A stretch of DNA of 64,000 bases from an uncultured Acidobacteriaceae bacterium (GCA_963728805.1 CAVSLE010000002.1:485-64484), one strand, 5' to 3'; shown: positions 18,917-27,486, counted from the stretch's first letter. Notes: generated by a model not told the origin, from the sequence alone. A program made the numbers and translations.

Positions 18917-20083
18917 TTACCGTACCGATGCTTTTCCTGCGGCCGATACCGGCACCTGCTCCACGATCTCAATCCCGAAGCCTTCCAGGCCGGCGACTTT
19001 GCGGGGATGGTTGGTGAGCAGGCGAATGCGGCGCAGGTTCAGGTCCGACAGGATTTGCGCGCCGATGCCGATCTCGCGCTGGGTGCGCCGCTGGCTCTCG
19101 GGCAGGGTTGCCAGTTGCTGTTCGTGATGGAACTGGATGGTCATGCGGTCGCCGAGTTGCTGCACCGAATAGCCCTTCGACGTCGAGTGCAAATAGATGA
19201 GCGCGCCGCGGCCTTCTTCGGCGATGCGCCGCATGGCGGCGTCGATGACGTTGCGGCATCCGCACCAGTTCGCGCCGAAGACGTTGCCCACCAGGCAGTG
19301 CGAATGCATGCGCACCAGCACCGGCTGCTCGCCCGCGTTCTCCACGTCGCCCTTGACCATGGCGATGTGCGAGTCGCCGGTGATCTCCGACTCGTAAGCG
19401 ATCATGCGGAAGTCGCCGTAAGCGGTGGGCACGATCGACTCGGCCAGCCGCCGCACGTAACGCTCGTGCGCCATGCGGTAGCGGATCAGTTCGGCGACGG
19501 TGAGCATCTTCATGTCGTGCTGGCGGCAGAATTCGGTGAGCTCAGGAACGCGCGCCATGGTGCCGTCGTCGCTCATGATCTCGCAGATGACGCCGGCGGG
19601 AACCAGGCCCGCGAGGCGAGCGAGATCGACGGAGGCTTCCGTCTGCCCGGCGCGCACCAGGACTCCGCCTTTGCGGGCGCGAAGAGGGAAGATGTGTCCG
19701 GGCCGCGCGAGATCGTTGGGACGGGTTGCGGGATCGATGGCCACGCGAATGGTCTGCGAGCGGTCGTACGCCGAGATGCCGGTGGTGACGCCGTCTTTAG
19801 CGTCGATGGACTCGGTGAACGCGGTGCCGAAGTTGGAGGTGTTCTCGGCCGACATCTGGCCGAGGCGAAGGTTGTCGAGGCGCTCCTCGGTCATGGCCAG
19901 GCAGACTAGGCCGCGGCCGTACTTGGCCATGAAGTTGATGGCGTCAGGGGTGATCTTCTCGGCGGCCATGGTCAGGTCGCCTTCGTTCTCGCGGTCCTCG
20001 TCGTCGATGACGACAATCATGCGGCCGGCGTGGATGTGCTCCAGCGCGGTCTCGACGTTGCAGAATGGGGAATTGGTGGGCAC
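18917..20083 (-). CDS. ribBA: Bifunctional 3,4-dihydroxy-2-butanone-4-phosphate synthase / GTP cyclohydrolase II
   Basis: N-terminal DHBP synthase signature (VIDDEDRENEGDLTMAAEKITPDAINFMAKYGRGLVCLAM). C-terminal GCH-II with the Cys cluster HSHCLVGNVFGANWCGC. Confidence 0.9.
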   Translation of the reverse strand: MPTNSPFCNVETALEHIHAGRMIVVIDDEDRENEGDLTMAAEKITPDAINFMAKYGRGLVCLAMTEERLDNLRLGQMSAENTSNFGTAFTESIDAKDGVTTGISAYDRSQTIRVAIDPATRPNDLARPGHIFPLRARKGGVLVRAGQTEASVDLARLAGLVPAGVICEIMSDDGTMARVPELTEFCRQHDMKMLTVAELIRYRMAHERYVRRLAESIVPTAYGDFRMIAYESEITGDSHIAMVKGDVENAGEQPVLVRMHSHCLVGNVFGANWCGCRNVIDAAMRRIAEEGRGALIYLHSTSKGYSVQQLGDRMTIQFHHEQQLATLPESQRRTQREIGIGAQILSDLNLRRIRLLTNHPRKVAGLEGFGIEIVEQVPVSAAGKASVR

Positions 20084-20125
20084 GATGGTCGCTGGTGAAG
20101 ATTTTAGCAGGGAAGGGACAAGGGC

Positions 20126-20157
20126 AGTTGCTAGTGGATAGTTGCTAGTGGATAGTT
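20126..20157. repeat. Tandem repeat, 14 nt x 2.3 (agttgctagtggat), heptad substructure
   Basis: Read directly, 43 nt upstream of the ribBA start. Confidence 0.85.
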
Positions 20158-20330
20158 AAGACGCCCGATAGGGGTCCTTCGACTCGGAGGGATTCGTCAC
20201 CGCGAACGCCTTCTCGCTCAGCATCACAAATCTTCGAGAGGGACGGGAGTTCAGGATGAGACAAGTCGCACCAGAGCGGACAAGCAATAGAAAAGGGCCG
20301 CACGCGGCGGCCCTGGCGGAAATCGGGTGG

Positions 20331-20558
20331 TTACAGAGTGGACTCGATTTCGAATCCCCAGGCCTCAAGCAGAGGCTCGGGGATGTACTTAGAATTCTTG
20401 TTCTTGCGCGCCCATTCCCGTAGACGGGTGGAGCGGATGTACTGATCGGGCTGGAGTTTGAACTCCTTCACGACCTGCTCGAACTCGGTGATGGTGGGGA
20501 CAACCGGCCCGATCGGCTCCGGCTTGCCCCAATTAGGATTGCCACGACGTTTTGCCAT
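20331..20558 (-). CDS. Small hypothetical protein (about 75 aa)
   Basis: ORF 20331..20651 with the likely start at the internal Met (MAKRRGNPNWGKPEPIGP...). No recognisable domain. The start coordinate is derived from ORF-track arithmetic. Confidence 0.4.
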   Translation of the reverse strand: MAKRRGNPNWGKPEPIGPVVPTITEFEQVVKEFKLQPDQYIRSTRLREWARKNKNSKYIPEPLLEAWGFEIESTL

Positions 20559-21010
20559 AGTTGCGCTCTTTTTCGCTTTCAGGATTAAAGATGATGTAAT
20601 CGGCCCAAAATGATGTCTAAACGGCCCGTTATCTAATTGGATTCGCGCCACTTCTACAACGATTCAAAGGGCGAATTGATCCCAGGTGACGAAGACAAAG
20701 GCAGGTCCCAACAGAAGGCCTTAGAGACTGGATACTATACCTCGATTTTCCTCTTAAATCAAAGGAAAACACAATCTTACGGGGTTAGGCGGAAACCCGC
20801 ACAACCGGTCGTGATTAGCGTTTAACCCTTGTTGAATCAGACGGATGAGGGTTAGAAACGTAAGCAAATATTAAAAACTGTAGCCTCTCAGAAGTTACGG
20901 GCGCCGGCGAACCGGAGGTGCGCGGAGCAAAGTCCGCGGATGGAGATCGCGCAAAAATCGGCAGGCGCGCTCGGAGTGTACTCAGGCTGTCTATGCCTGG
21001 AGGGCGCGAA

Positions 21011-21637
21011 TTATTGCACGGTAAGGCCGGTAGTTCCGATGACGCCGCTCACAGCCGCGCTGATCGTCGTGGTGCCGGTTGCCACGCCGGTTGCCAGACC
21101 GGAGCTGGTAATGGTCGCCACGCCGGTGTTGCTGGAATTCCACGTGACCGATGTTGTGATATCGCCAAATGAGCCATCGGAGTATGTTGCCGTGGCCGTG
21201 AACTGTTGCTGCGAACCCGACGTTATAGTCTGGTTTTGCGGAGTAACGGCGATGCTGGATATGGTCTTGTTGCTGACCGTCAGCACGGATGCGGGGGAAA
21301 TCACGCTGCCTGACTTGGCGGTGATGTTGCTGGTGCCGAGCGCCACTGCGGTGGCCAGGCCGGTGGTGTTGATGGTGGCGATGTTGGTGGCCGACGAGAC
21401 CCATGTCACTGTCGAGCTCACATCGCCAGTCGAATTGTTGCCAAATGTCGCGGTCGCCGTGTATTGCTGGGTCGTGGTGGGCTTGATCTGGGCACTGGTC
21501 GGCGAAATCGCAAGCGAGACGATGGTGGTGGAGGAGGGGAAGAACCCTCCACAACTGGCAACCATCAAGGTAACAAAGAGTGCGGCTGCGATCTGGCCAG
21601 TCCATTTAAGCCGTTGCACGGTGATCATCCAATCCAT
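21011..21637 (-). CDS. Lipoprotein with two bacterial Ig-like (Big_2-type) domains
   Basis: Signal plus lipobox (AAALFVTLMVASCGG). Two ~80 aa repeats of the pattern Q(Q)(Y/F)TATAT(F/Y)...(V/T)T..VTW.SS....ATI...GLATGVA.G...I(T/S)A. The antisense ORF 20940..21665 is discounted. Confidence 0.7.
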   Translation of the reverse strand: MDWMITVQRLKWTGQIAAALFVTLMVASCGGFFPSSTTIVSLAISPTSAQIKPTTTQQYTATATFGNNSTGDVSSTVTWVSSATNIATINTTGLATAVALGTSNITAKSGSVISPASVLTVSNKTISSIAVTPQNQTITSGSQQQFTATATYSDGSFGDITTSVTWNSSNTGVATITSSGLATGVATGTTTISAAVSGVIGTTGLTVQ

Positions 21638-21775
21638 CCCAACGAGTCGAAGCCGATGTCGATGACTCACGGCGTGCAGGGGAGGGTCGCCTCCGGACGG
21701 CACAACGACTCTGAAATATTTGTGCTCCTAGACTGGTATCTTACTACGCCGCGAAACTGCCTGCGAGCGTCGCCG

Positions 21776-23734
21776 TCAGTGTCCAGTAGGCAACTGCACG
21801 GCAAACGATTTGTTATCCGGCAGACGGAGGATGTGCGGCGTGATAACCACCAGCAGGTCATCCTCCATGTCGTTCCTGGTGTGGCTCGAAGTGACGTAGG
21901 TCAAACCCGGGACCGAACTCAGGAAAGGAAATCCGCCGATGCTGCGGCTGTCGGCCAGGGAAATGAGCCCGGCGATCACGCTGGACTCGCCATTCTTCAG
22001 GGTAATGGTGCCGCTGTATTCGCGATTGTTGATGATGGGTATTCCGTTGACCGTCTGCGCACCCAGCGAACGGATGGTCAACTCCAATTTCAAAGTGACG
22101 TCACGGTCCGCGTGAATGATGGGTGTCGCCTTCAGGTTCAGCCCCAGGTCTTCGAAATTAAACGATGGGAAGGGCGCAATGTAGCTCTGGTTGCCAATCA
22201 CCTGTGAGATCGCAGGATTGTTGTAAATGGGAGCGAACGTAGCATTCACGATGGGATAGCGTTCGCCTACCTTGAACACGGCAGCGTTGTTCTGCGAGGC
22301 ACGCAAGGTAACGTGGTCCAGGGTCCGGATGTCCGACTCATTGAGATTGATGTTGATGGTGGTGCCGGTGCCTCCGGTAAGCCCGAAGAGCGTGGCCCCG
22401 CCGCCAAAGGTTGCAAAAGGTGTGGAGAGAATCGAGCTGGTCTGACTGGACAGCGAGGACAGCAAGGCCTGGATGGCCTGCGAATTGGCCTGGTTGATTC
22501 CGCCGGAAGCGATCAACTGGTTGATCAGGTTCTGGGAGTTCTGCCCCAGGCCGGCAATCAGCGCCGGGCTGATATTGAACAGAGTGAATTGTGCCGGCGG
22601 CGTGGTCCCGAGCTGCCTCAGGAGGTTGGAACTGATCTGATAGACCCGCATGTCGAGCAGGACTTCGGGACGGCCACCGGCCAGGCTTTCCAGCAAGTGG
22701 CTGGCTGCCTCCAGCACCGCATCCTCCGCCCGAATCGAGATGGTCGATTGTGCTTTGTCGGGCGCGATGTAACGCAAATTGAGCAGTACCCGGAGTGAGT
22801 TGGTCATCTCCGTCAGCTCCTGGTCCGTGGCCAGGTCGGGCAGGTAGAAGGTGCGCAACGACATGCGTTGATAGTTGCGCCGGTACTCGACGGTATCGGC
22901 GGCAAGCAGAATTTGCTTGACGGAGAGCGGTACCCAGAAAGTCTTGGTGACGCGTGTGGCCGCCTCCATCGCGGTGGCGAAGTTCACGTCTTCAATGTCG
23001 AATCGGACCCGCTTGGGCTGCACCGAATCATCGAACTGCGCGGTGATCCCGTAGGCCTGCGCCACCTGGGTAAGCAGGCTCTTGCCGTCGCCCTTGAAAT
23101 GGAAATCATGATGCTGCTCGGTGGGCTGGAGTTCGAGGGGAGTGGACTGTTCCACTACGCGCATGGTCTTGCTCAACGGTTCCTCGTCCTCTGGGATGGA
23201 GTCGCGTAACCGCTGCAGTGCATATTCGTTGGTGGGGTCGAATTCCAAAGCGCGACGGAAGTCGGCCATGGCAACGATTTCGTTGTGGTCGAGCATGGCC
23301 TGGTTGCCCTGCTTCAGAGATTGCATCACCAGTTGCTGGCGGGTGAACTCGCGGGCGGTGAGGAACTCGAAATTGTGGGGCGCCAGCTCGGCGGCAAGTT
23401 CAAACTTCTCGAAGGCTGCATCCGTCTGGCCGGCCGCGTTCAGCTTCACACCCGCTTTGAATTGGCGCTTGGCTTTGGCAACATCTTTGGGATCGTCAAC
23501 CGGCTGCCGCGCTGGGACAGGCTGCGCTGGAGCGGTCTGTGCTGCACTCTGCTGCGGCGCGGTCGGTTGAGTCGGCGGATTGGTATCGGAAGATGGCTGG
23601 CCCGTCTGCGCGGTGGACGCTGCCGTTGTTGCGTCATGCGGCGGAGCAGCGGCAGTGGCGGGCGCAGTGGTCTGCTGCCCAGCCAGCGTGCTCGCCATCG
23701 CGAGCGCGAGAAGGATCCCGGCCAAAAAGCGCAT
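21776..23734 (-). CDS. Secretin-family outer-membrane channel (GspD/PilQ-like) with N-terminal TPR region
   Basis: Signal peptide (MRFLAGILLALAMASTLAGQ). C-terminal secretin domain (...NGESSVIAGLISLADSRSIGGFPFLSSVPGLTYVTSSHTRNDMEDDLLVVITPHIL). N-terminal Ala/Pro/Gln-rich linker and TPR-like helices. Confidence 0.75.
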   Translation of the reverse strand: MRFLAGILLALAMASTLAGQQTTAPATAAAPPHDATTAASTAQTGQPSSDTNPPTQPTAPQQSAAQTAPAQPVPARQPVDDPKDVAKAKRQFKAGVKLNAAGQTDAAFEKFELAAELAPHNFEFLTAREFTRQQLVMQSLKQGNQAMLDHNEIVAMADFRRALEFDPTNEYALQRLRDSIPEDEEPLSKTMRVVEQSTPLELQPTEQHHDFHFKGDGKSLLTQVAQAYGITAQFDDSVQPKRVRFDIEDVNFATAMEAATRVTKTFWVPLSVKQILLAADTVEYRRNYQRMSLRTFYLPDLATDQELTEMTNSLRVLLNLRYIAPDKAQSTISIRAEDAVLEAASHLLESLAGGRPEVLLDMRVYQISSNLLRQLGTTPPAQFTLFNISPALIAGLGQNSQNLINQLIASGGINQANSQAIQALLSSLSSQTSSILSTPFATFGGGATLFGLTGGTGTTININLNESDIRTLDHVTLRASQNNAAVFKVGERYPIVNATFAPIYNNPAISQVIGNQSYIAPFPSFNFEDLGLNLKATPIIHADRDVTLKLELTIRSLGAQTVNGIPIINNREYSGTITLKNGESSVIAGLISLADSRSIGGFPFLSSVPGLTYVTSSHTRNDMEDDLLVVITPHILRLPDNKSFAVQLPTGH

Positions 23735-23775
23735 CAGTGTTGAAATTGTATGCCAGGGGATTGCGGGTTGTCGCG

Positions 23776-24156
23776 TCAGACAAGATCGGGTGGTTGCGTT
23801 GCTCGGCTCAGACGTTCAAGTCCAGCAGCTCCGGCTAACAAGACCGTAACCGCGAGAAACTTATAGAACTGAGTGCCGTTATGCAACACCGTACTCCACG
23901 GTGGTCCGAAATGGTATAGCTGAATGCCAAAGAAAAGAAGCATGATGACCAAAGACAAGGTTGCGCTCGTCCGCGTGTATCGGAATCATAGCAATGCAAC
24001 CGGCAACGCAAACAGCGGAACAGCAATAAAGCAGAACTCCTCAAAAGTCCGGAATCCAAATACAAGATAGCCACCGTAAAACGTGAAAGACAGGTACGCA
24101 GCGATACAACACGCAATTGTAACGAGCAGGTTCTTTAGCTGTGGACGAGTTGGCAT
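23776..24156 (-). pseudogene. Small multi-TM hypothetical ORF interrupted by an in-frame TGA (or two separate mini-ORFs)
   Basis: A 56-codon ORF, 24156..23989 (MPTRPQLKNLLVTIACCIAAYLSFTFYGGYLVFGF...PVALL), stops at the TGA at 23988..23986. ORF 23776..23958 (MSLVIMLLFFGIQLY...) lies in the same frame 27 nt downstream. Both parts are hydrophobic. Confidence 0.3.
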
Positions 24157-24335
24157 GACAGCCCCGTCTCACCGGCACAGTTACGCTAGCAGTTCGGCTA
24201 ACGTCCATGTGATCGGCTAATCCTGATTCCGTTGCAGGCGTCACCCGCAAGTTCGTGTATCCGGCAGAAATTGTAATACGCGAAACCCAAGATCGCGCAC
24301 AAAGCTTCCTGTGCTAAACTTCACTCACGTCGAGG

Positions 24336-24797
24336 GTGAGGATGCATAGAGTTCTACGCAAGCTGATGTTCGTGGATTTGCTCAAGGGACTCAGGGTCAC
24401 CTTCCGCAATCAGGACCCGAAAGAGCTCATCACCGAACAATATCCGCTGCAACGGCCGCAAGTTGCCGAGCGTTTCCGCGGCGCGCCTCGCCTCAATAAC
24501 AATCCCGAGACCAACGAGACCCTGTGCATCTCCTGCGATCTGTGCGCGCTGGTTTGTCCTGAGCACCTCATCGTGGTGAACAGCGAGCGCAATCCCCATA
24601 CCCGCCGCAAGGAGCTGACGGACTTCACCTACGACCTCAGCCGCTGCATGTTTTGCGGACTTTGCGAAGATGCCTGCCCCACCGACGCCCTGGAGTTGAC
24701 CCAGGACTTTGAGATGGCGAACTACAGCAGGGAAGGGCTTATCTGGGACCGCGAAACCCTGGAGAAGGGCCCCGTGCCCAACGTGTACCGGCGGTAG
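24336..24797 (+). CDS. nuoI: NADH-quinone oxidoreductase subunit I-like 2x[4Fe-4S] protein
   Basis: LLKGLRVTFRN...QYP...RFRG, then CISCDLCALVCP and CMFCGLCEDACPTDALELT, which is the NuoI layout. No other nuo genes are in the window. Confidence 0.75.
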   Translation: MRMHRVLRKLMFVDLLKGLRVTFRNQDPKELITEQYPLQRPQVAERFRGAPRLNNNPETNETLCISCDLCALVCPEHLIVVNSERNPHTRRKELTDFTYDLSRCMFCGLCEDACPTDALELTQDFEMANYSREGLIWDRETLEKGPVPNVYRR

Positions 24798-24800
24798 AGT

Positions 24801-24856
24801 CGGCACTCGGCACTCAGCGGTTAGCATTTAGCCAGCATTCAGCACTCATTCAATGA
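24801..24856. repeat. Degenerate 7-nt tandem array (cggcact cggcact cagcggt tagcatt tagccag cattcag cactcat)
   Basis: Read directly. Starts 4 nt after the nuoI stop. Confidence 0.75.
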
Positions 24857-24858
24857 AT

Positions 24859-24980
24859 TGTCATCCTGAGGGAGGACTTCAGTCCGAGTCGAAGGATCTG
24901 CGGTTATCCCGATGCCGGCGAACCGCAGACCCTTCGACTTCGCACGAGCAAAAGAAGCTCGTGCTTCGCTCAGGATGACA
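24859..24980. repeat. 122-nt nested imperfect palindrome with tgtcatcctgag / ctcaggatgaca termini
   Basis: Outer arms are 24859-24870 and 24969-24980. Inner arms are gtcgaaggatctgcggtt and aaccgcagacccttcgac. A further hairpin is gcacgagc-aaaagaa-gctcgtgc. Confidence 0.8.
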
Positions 24981-25020
24981 AGTCGCACGGTGTGCTGATG
25001 GGTACCTGCTGCTGGATAAC

Positions 25021-25087
25021 AATCGCTGATTGAATACTGAGTGCTGATTCCTGACTGCTGAATGCTGAGTGCTAATTGCTAATTGCT
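25021..25087. repeat. Degenerate 7-nt tandem array (gagtgct gattcct gactgct gaatgct gagtgct aattgct aattgct), inverted relative to 24801..24856
   Basis: Read directly. Ends 2 nt from the stop codon of the minus-strand TonB-like gene. Confidence 0.8.
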
Positions 25088-25088
25088 T

Positions 25089-26816
25089 CTACTGCAGATG
25101 TCTCATGCGGAACGGAATCTGCACCACGGCCTCCAGTGCAACCGGCTCGCCGTTCTTCGTACCGGGACGGAAGCGCCACCCAGACAGTGCGTGTATTGCG
25201 TTCGCATCAAGGCGGTCGTCCAGGCTGTTGAGCACCCGGATAGCATCGACGGTTCCGTCGGCGCGAATCACGGCATACAGCGTGACCGTGCCTTCCACGT
25301 GATCGCGAAGGACCTCGGGCGGATAGGCGGGGTCGACCTTGGTAGTGGCCACCGGCGCGGTGAGCAGTCCGTTGTCGGTGGTTTCTTTCAGCTCGGCAAA
25401 GCGAATGATCCAACTTCCCGTTGCCGAGGTCAGGTTAGGCATGTTCATGGTCAGCGAATAGTAGGGCTTTGCCCGGAACACCTTCTTCTCGATACTGACA
25501 TCGGGGTCGTCGGACAATGTGGAAGGCGGCGTCGGAGGCTGCCGGTCATGATAGCTGGGCAGCGACGGCTTCATGGCGGCGGCAATCATGCGCTTGCGAG
25601 CTTCCAGGTCGGGATTGGACGCAGGCGGCTTGATCGGCATTCCGGCGACGGCAGAAGTAACGGCGCCCGGCGGAGGAGCGCCGACGGTGATGCCAGGAGG
25701 CAGGCCGTTTCCAGGCCCACGTCCCGTGCCACCGCTGGCATCATTGCCGGTGCCGACGATGTTGGGCGTGCCCGGTGCATTAGCTTTGCCGCCGGGCGAC
25801 GCGTGAAATTCTCCGCTGCGATTGCCGCTGGGCACCGTGATAGGCCCGATCACCTCAGACGGATTCAGTCCCAATGCAATTAACTGTCCCTGTCCCTGCG
25901 ACGCCGGAAGGCTATGCACGTTGGCCGGTGGTGGAACGTTGGTCGCGCCACTGTCACCTACACCGCTGGCCCGCTGCGCCGGGACTGGCAGCTTGGGAGC
26001 TTCCACTTGTGGTTGCAGTTGCGCCATGTTGAGCTGTCCCTTTTGCAGCTTCAGTTGGTCGGGAGATAGCGGGGGCTCGACCACCGATGGCTGCGGCAGC
26101 GTGGGAAGCTTCGACTTCAGTTGCGAGACGTTAGCGGAGGGCGCCACCACCTGCGCCTCAAACTGTGGAACCTTTAACTGCGAAACCGAGCGCGACGAGG
26201 CGGCTATGGGTTGCGTTGCGGGCACCGGTGTCCAGGCGACGATGTTTGGTAGCGGTACGTCGTGATCCAGTTTGACCTTGGGCGGCGTGACGATGGTCTG
26301 GTGATTGTTGTCCGCTTGCGGCGGGACGGAGAGAATCTCCTGGCGGGCGAGTTTGGGCGCGCCCTGGCGCGGCTTCACTGGCGCCTCGCTGGCGGTGTTG
26401 ATCGGCGGCAGATAGTCGCTTACGGGATAATACTCGACCTTCGTATTCTGAAACGGCGATTGCAGCTTGGGCGGCCGGTTGAAGAATGTCTCCGTGCAGA
26501 TCACGTAAACCACGATGATGAATGCCATGTGGCCGGCGTACGACTCGGCAAAGCGGTAGGCATCGATACCGGTGCGGATGAAGTATTCCGGCCGCAAAGG
26601 AACAGGCTGTGCCGTGGTCTCGACGGGGGGCGGCTGGCGATGCAGCAGCAGGTCGCCGAGGTTGCGGAAAAAGACGCGATGGCGCGGCTCCAGTTCGAAC
26701 AGCAACGCCGGTGGCGCGAAGTTCTCGTCTGTCAGCGACGTAGCGCTTTCGGGCGTGGCGCTATCGCGCCCGGAAGGATCGCGCTGGGGCCTGGTTGCGG
26801 AACTGTGCGACATCAT
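25089..26816 (-). CDS. TonB-family energy-transducer-like protein with long Pro-rich spacer
   Basis: C-terminal TonB domain (KVDPAYPPEVLRDHVEGTVTLYAVIRADGTVDAIRVLNS...ALSGWRFRPGTKNGEPV), a TM helix (HMAFIIVVYVICTETFF) and a Pro/Gly/Ser/Ala/Val/Gln-rich middle. The start is set at MMSHSS (26816). The upstream 190 codons of the ORF are Arg/His-rich and overlap the opposite-strand gene. Confidence 0.7.
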   Translation of the reverse strand: MMSHSSATRPQRDPSGRDSATPESATSLTDENFAPPALLFELEPRHRVFFRNLGDLLLHRQPPPVETTAQPVPLRPEYFIRTGIDAYRFAESYAGHMAFIIVVYVICTETFFNRPPKLQSPFQNTKVEYYPVSDYLPPINTASEAPVKPRQGAPKLARQEILSVPPQADNNHQTIVTPPKVKLDHDVPLPNIVAWTPVPATQPIAASSRSVSQLKVPQFEAQVVAPSANVSQLKSKLPTLPQPSVVEPPLSPDQLKLQKGQLNMAQLQPQVEAPKLPVPAQRASGVGDSGATNVPPPANVHSLPASQGQGQLIALGLNPSEVIGPITVPSGNRSGEFHASPGGKANAPGTPNIVGTGNDASGGTGRGPGNGLPPGITVGAPPPGAVTSAVAGMPIKPPASNPDLEARKRMIAAAMKPSLPSYHDRQPPTPPSTLSDDPDVSIEKKVFRAKPYYSLTMNMPNLTSATGSWIIRFAELKETTDNGLLTAPVATTKVDPAYPPEVLRDHVEGTVTLYAVIRADGTVDAIRVLNSLDDRLDANAIHALSGWRFRPGTKNGEPVALEAVVQIPFRMRHLQ

Positions 26817-26927
26817 CCTCGACCGCGGAGCAAGTACTCGGATTATAGCGGAAAACTGCGCTCGCGGCGGGCCTCTCAGCGATGCGATGTTGCTCTTTCG
26901 CCAACCCCCGGCGGCGTGCAATGATGG

Positions 26928-27452
26928 GTGACCATGAGAGTGACCATGATGGCCAGATGCCTTGGGTTGGCGCTGTTGGCGGTGTTGCTGGTGACGTGGG
27001 TGCTGGCTCCGGCACGGCCGTCTGTAAGGGCGGCATCGCCGCCTCAACAGAACGCGAAACCCTCCGCGCCAACCGACGATCCCTCCGGCACATATTCCTT
27101 CGTGCGTGAAGGTGAGTTCGTGCAGTTCGCAGTCGACGGTGGCAAGGTATCGGGGTTCATCTCGCGCTTCGGGAACACCGACAGCGACAAGGGCCAGTTC
27201 CTCGACCAGTTCTTCGACAAGGCCACGCTTGAGGGCGACCGTCTGTCGTTCACAACCAAGACGGTGCACGGCGTCTGGTACGAGTTCACCGGGGTGATCA
27301 CCATAACGCCGGGTAAGAAACCTGGGCAGGAAGACTATCGCGTAATCAAGGGCACGCTGACCGAGCACACCACTGATGCCGGCAATCACGACGAATCAAC
27401 TCAACGAGGGGTGCAGTTCAAATCGTTTCCGCAAGACTTGAGCAAGCCGTAA
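26928..27452 (+). CDS. Secreted hypothetical protein
   Basis: 174 aa with a signal peptide (MMARCLGLALLAVLLVTWVLAPA) and balanced composition. No recognised domain. Confidence 0.55.
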   Translation: MTMRVTMMARCLGLALLAVLLVTWVLAPARPSVRAASPPQQNAKPSAPTDDPSGTYSFVREGEFVQFAVDGGKVSGFISRFGNTDSDKGQFLDQFFDKATLEGDRLSFTTKTVHGVWYEFTGVITITPGKKPGQEDYRVIKGTLTEHTTDAGNHDESTQRGVQFKSFPQDLSKP

Positions 27453-27454
27453 GA

Positions 27455-27486
27455 AGCATTCAGCACTCAGCATTCAGCATTCAGCC
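27455..27486. repeat. 7-nt tandem array (agcattc agcactc agcattc agcattc agcc)
   Basis: Read directly. Starts 3 nt after the stop codon of 26928..27452 and is followed by a tgtcaccctgagcga box (27494-27508). Confidence 0.85.

Noticed and set aside
20084-20330. Expected FMN (RFN) riboswitch in the ribBA leader
   Set aside because: I could not find the conserved RFN core segments on the minus strand. The leader is instead occupied by the 14-nt tandem repeat and a tcatcctgagcga-type element. A covariance-model scan would be needed to exclude a divergent riboswitch.
20520-20580. Apparent compensating +1/-1 discrepancy between my manual codon walk and the supplied ORF-track translation of 20331..20651
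   Set aside because: Both readings give an open frame of the same length. This is most likely my own base-counting slip in a C-run and a T-run, so I used the ORF-track frame and make no biological claim.
20560-20930. AT-richer 370-bp intergenic stretch as a possible ncRNA or riboswitch
   Set aside because: It has only short, weak hairpins (taaccc...gggtta; gggtt...aaccc) and I recognise no conserved RNA motif. It may simply be the promoter region of the 75-aa ORF.
20940-21665. 241-aa plus-strand ORF opposite the Big_2 lipoprotein gene
   Set aside because: The minus-strand frame gives two clean Ig-like repeats plus a lipoprotein signal. The plus-strand product is a Val/Ala/Leu-rich string with no signal logic, the expected complement of a Thr/Ser/Ala-rich gene.
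23986-23988. In-frame TGA in the small membrane ORF as a second selenocysteine site
   Set aside because: There is no redox-motif context, no convincing downstream hairpin, and the ORF itself is poorly supported.
24801-25087. Heptad arrays as a degenerate CRISPR array or coding repeats
   Set aside because: The units are 7 nt with no spacers and there are no cas genes. The arrays lie outside supported ORFs, and any translation is frame-inconsistent because 7 is not a multiple of 3.
26817-27389. N-terminal 190-codon extension of the TonB-like ORF (full ORF 25089..27389)
   Set aside because: The extension is Arg/His/Gln-rich and overlaps the well-formed divergent secreted-protein gene at 26928..27452. 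A Met-Met start at 26816 gives a normal cytoplasmic tail plus TM helix.
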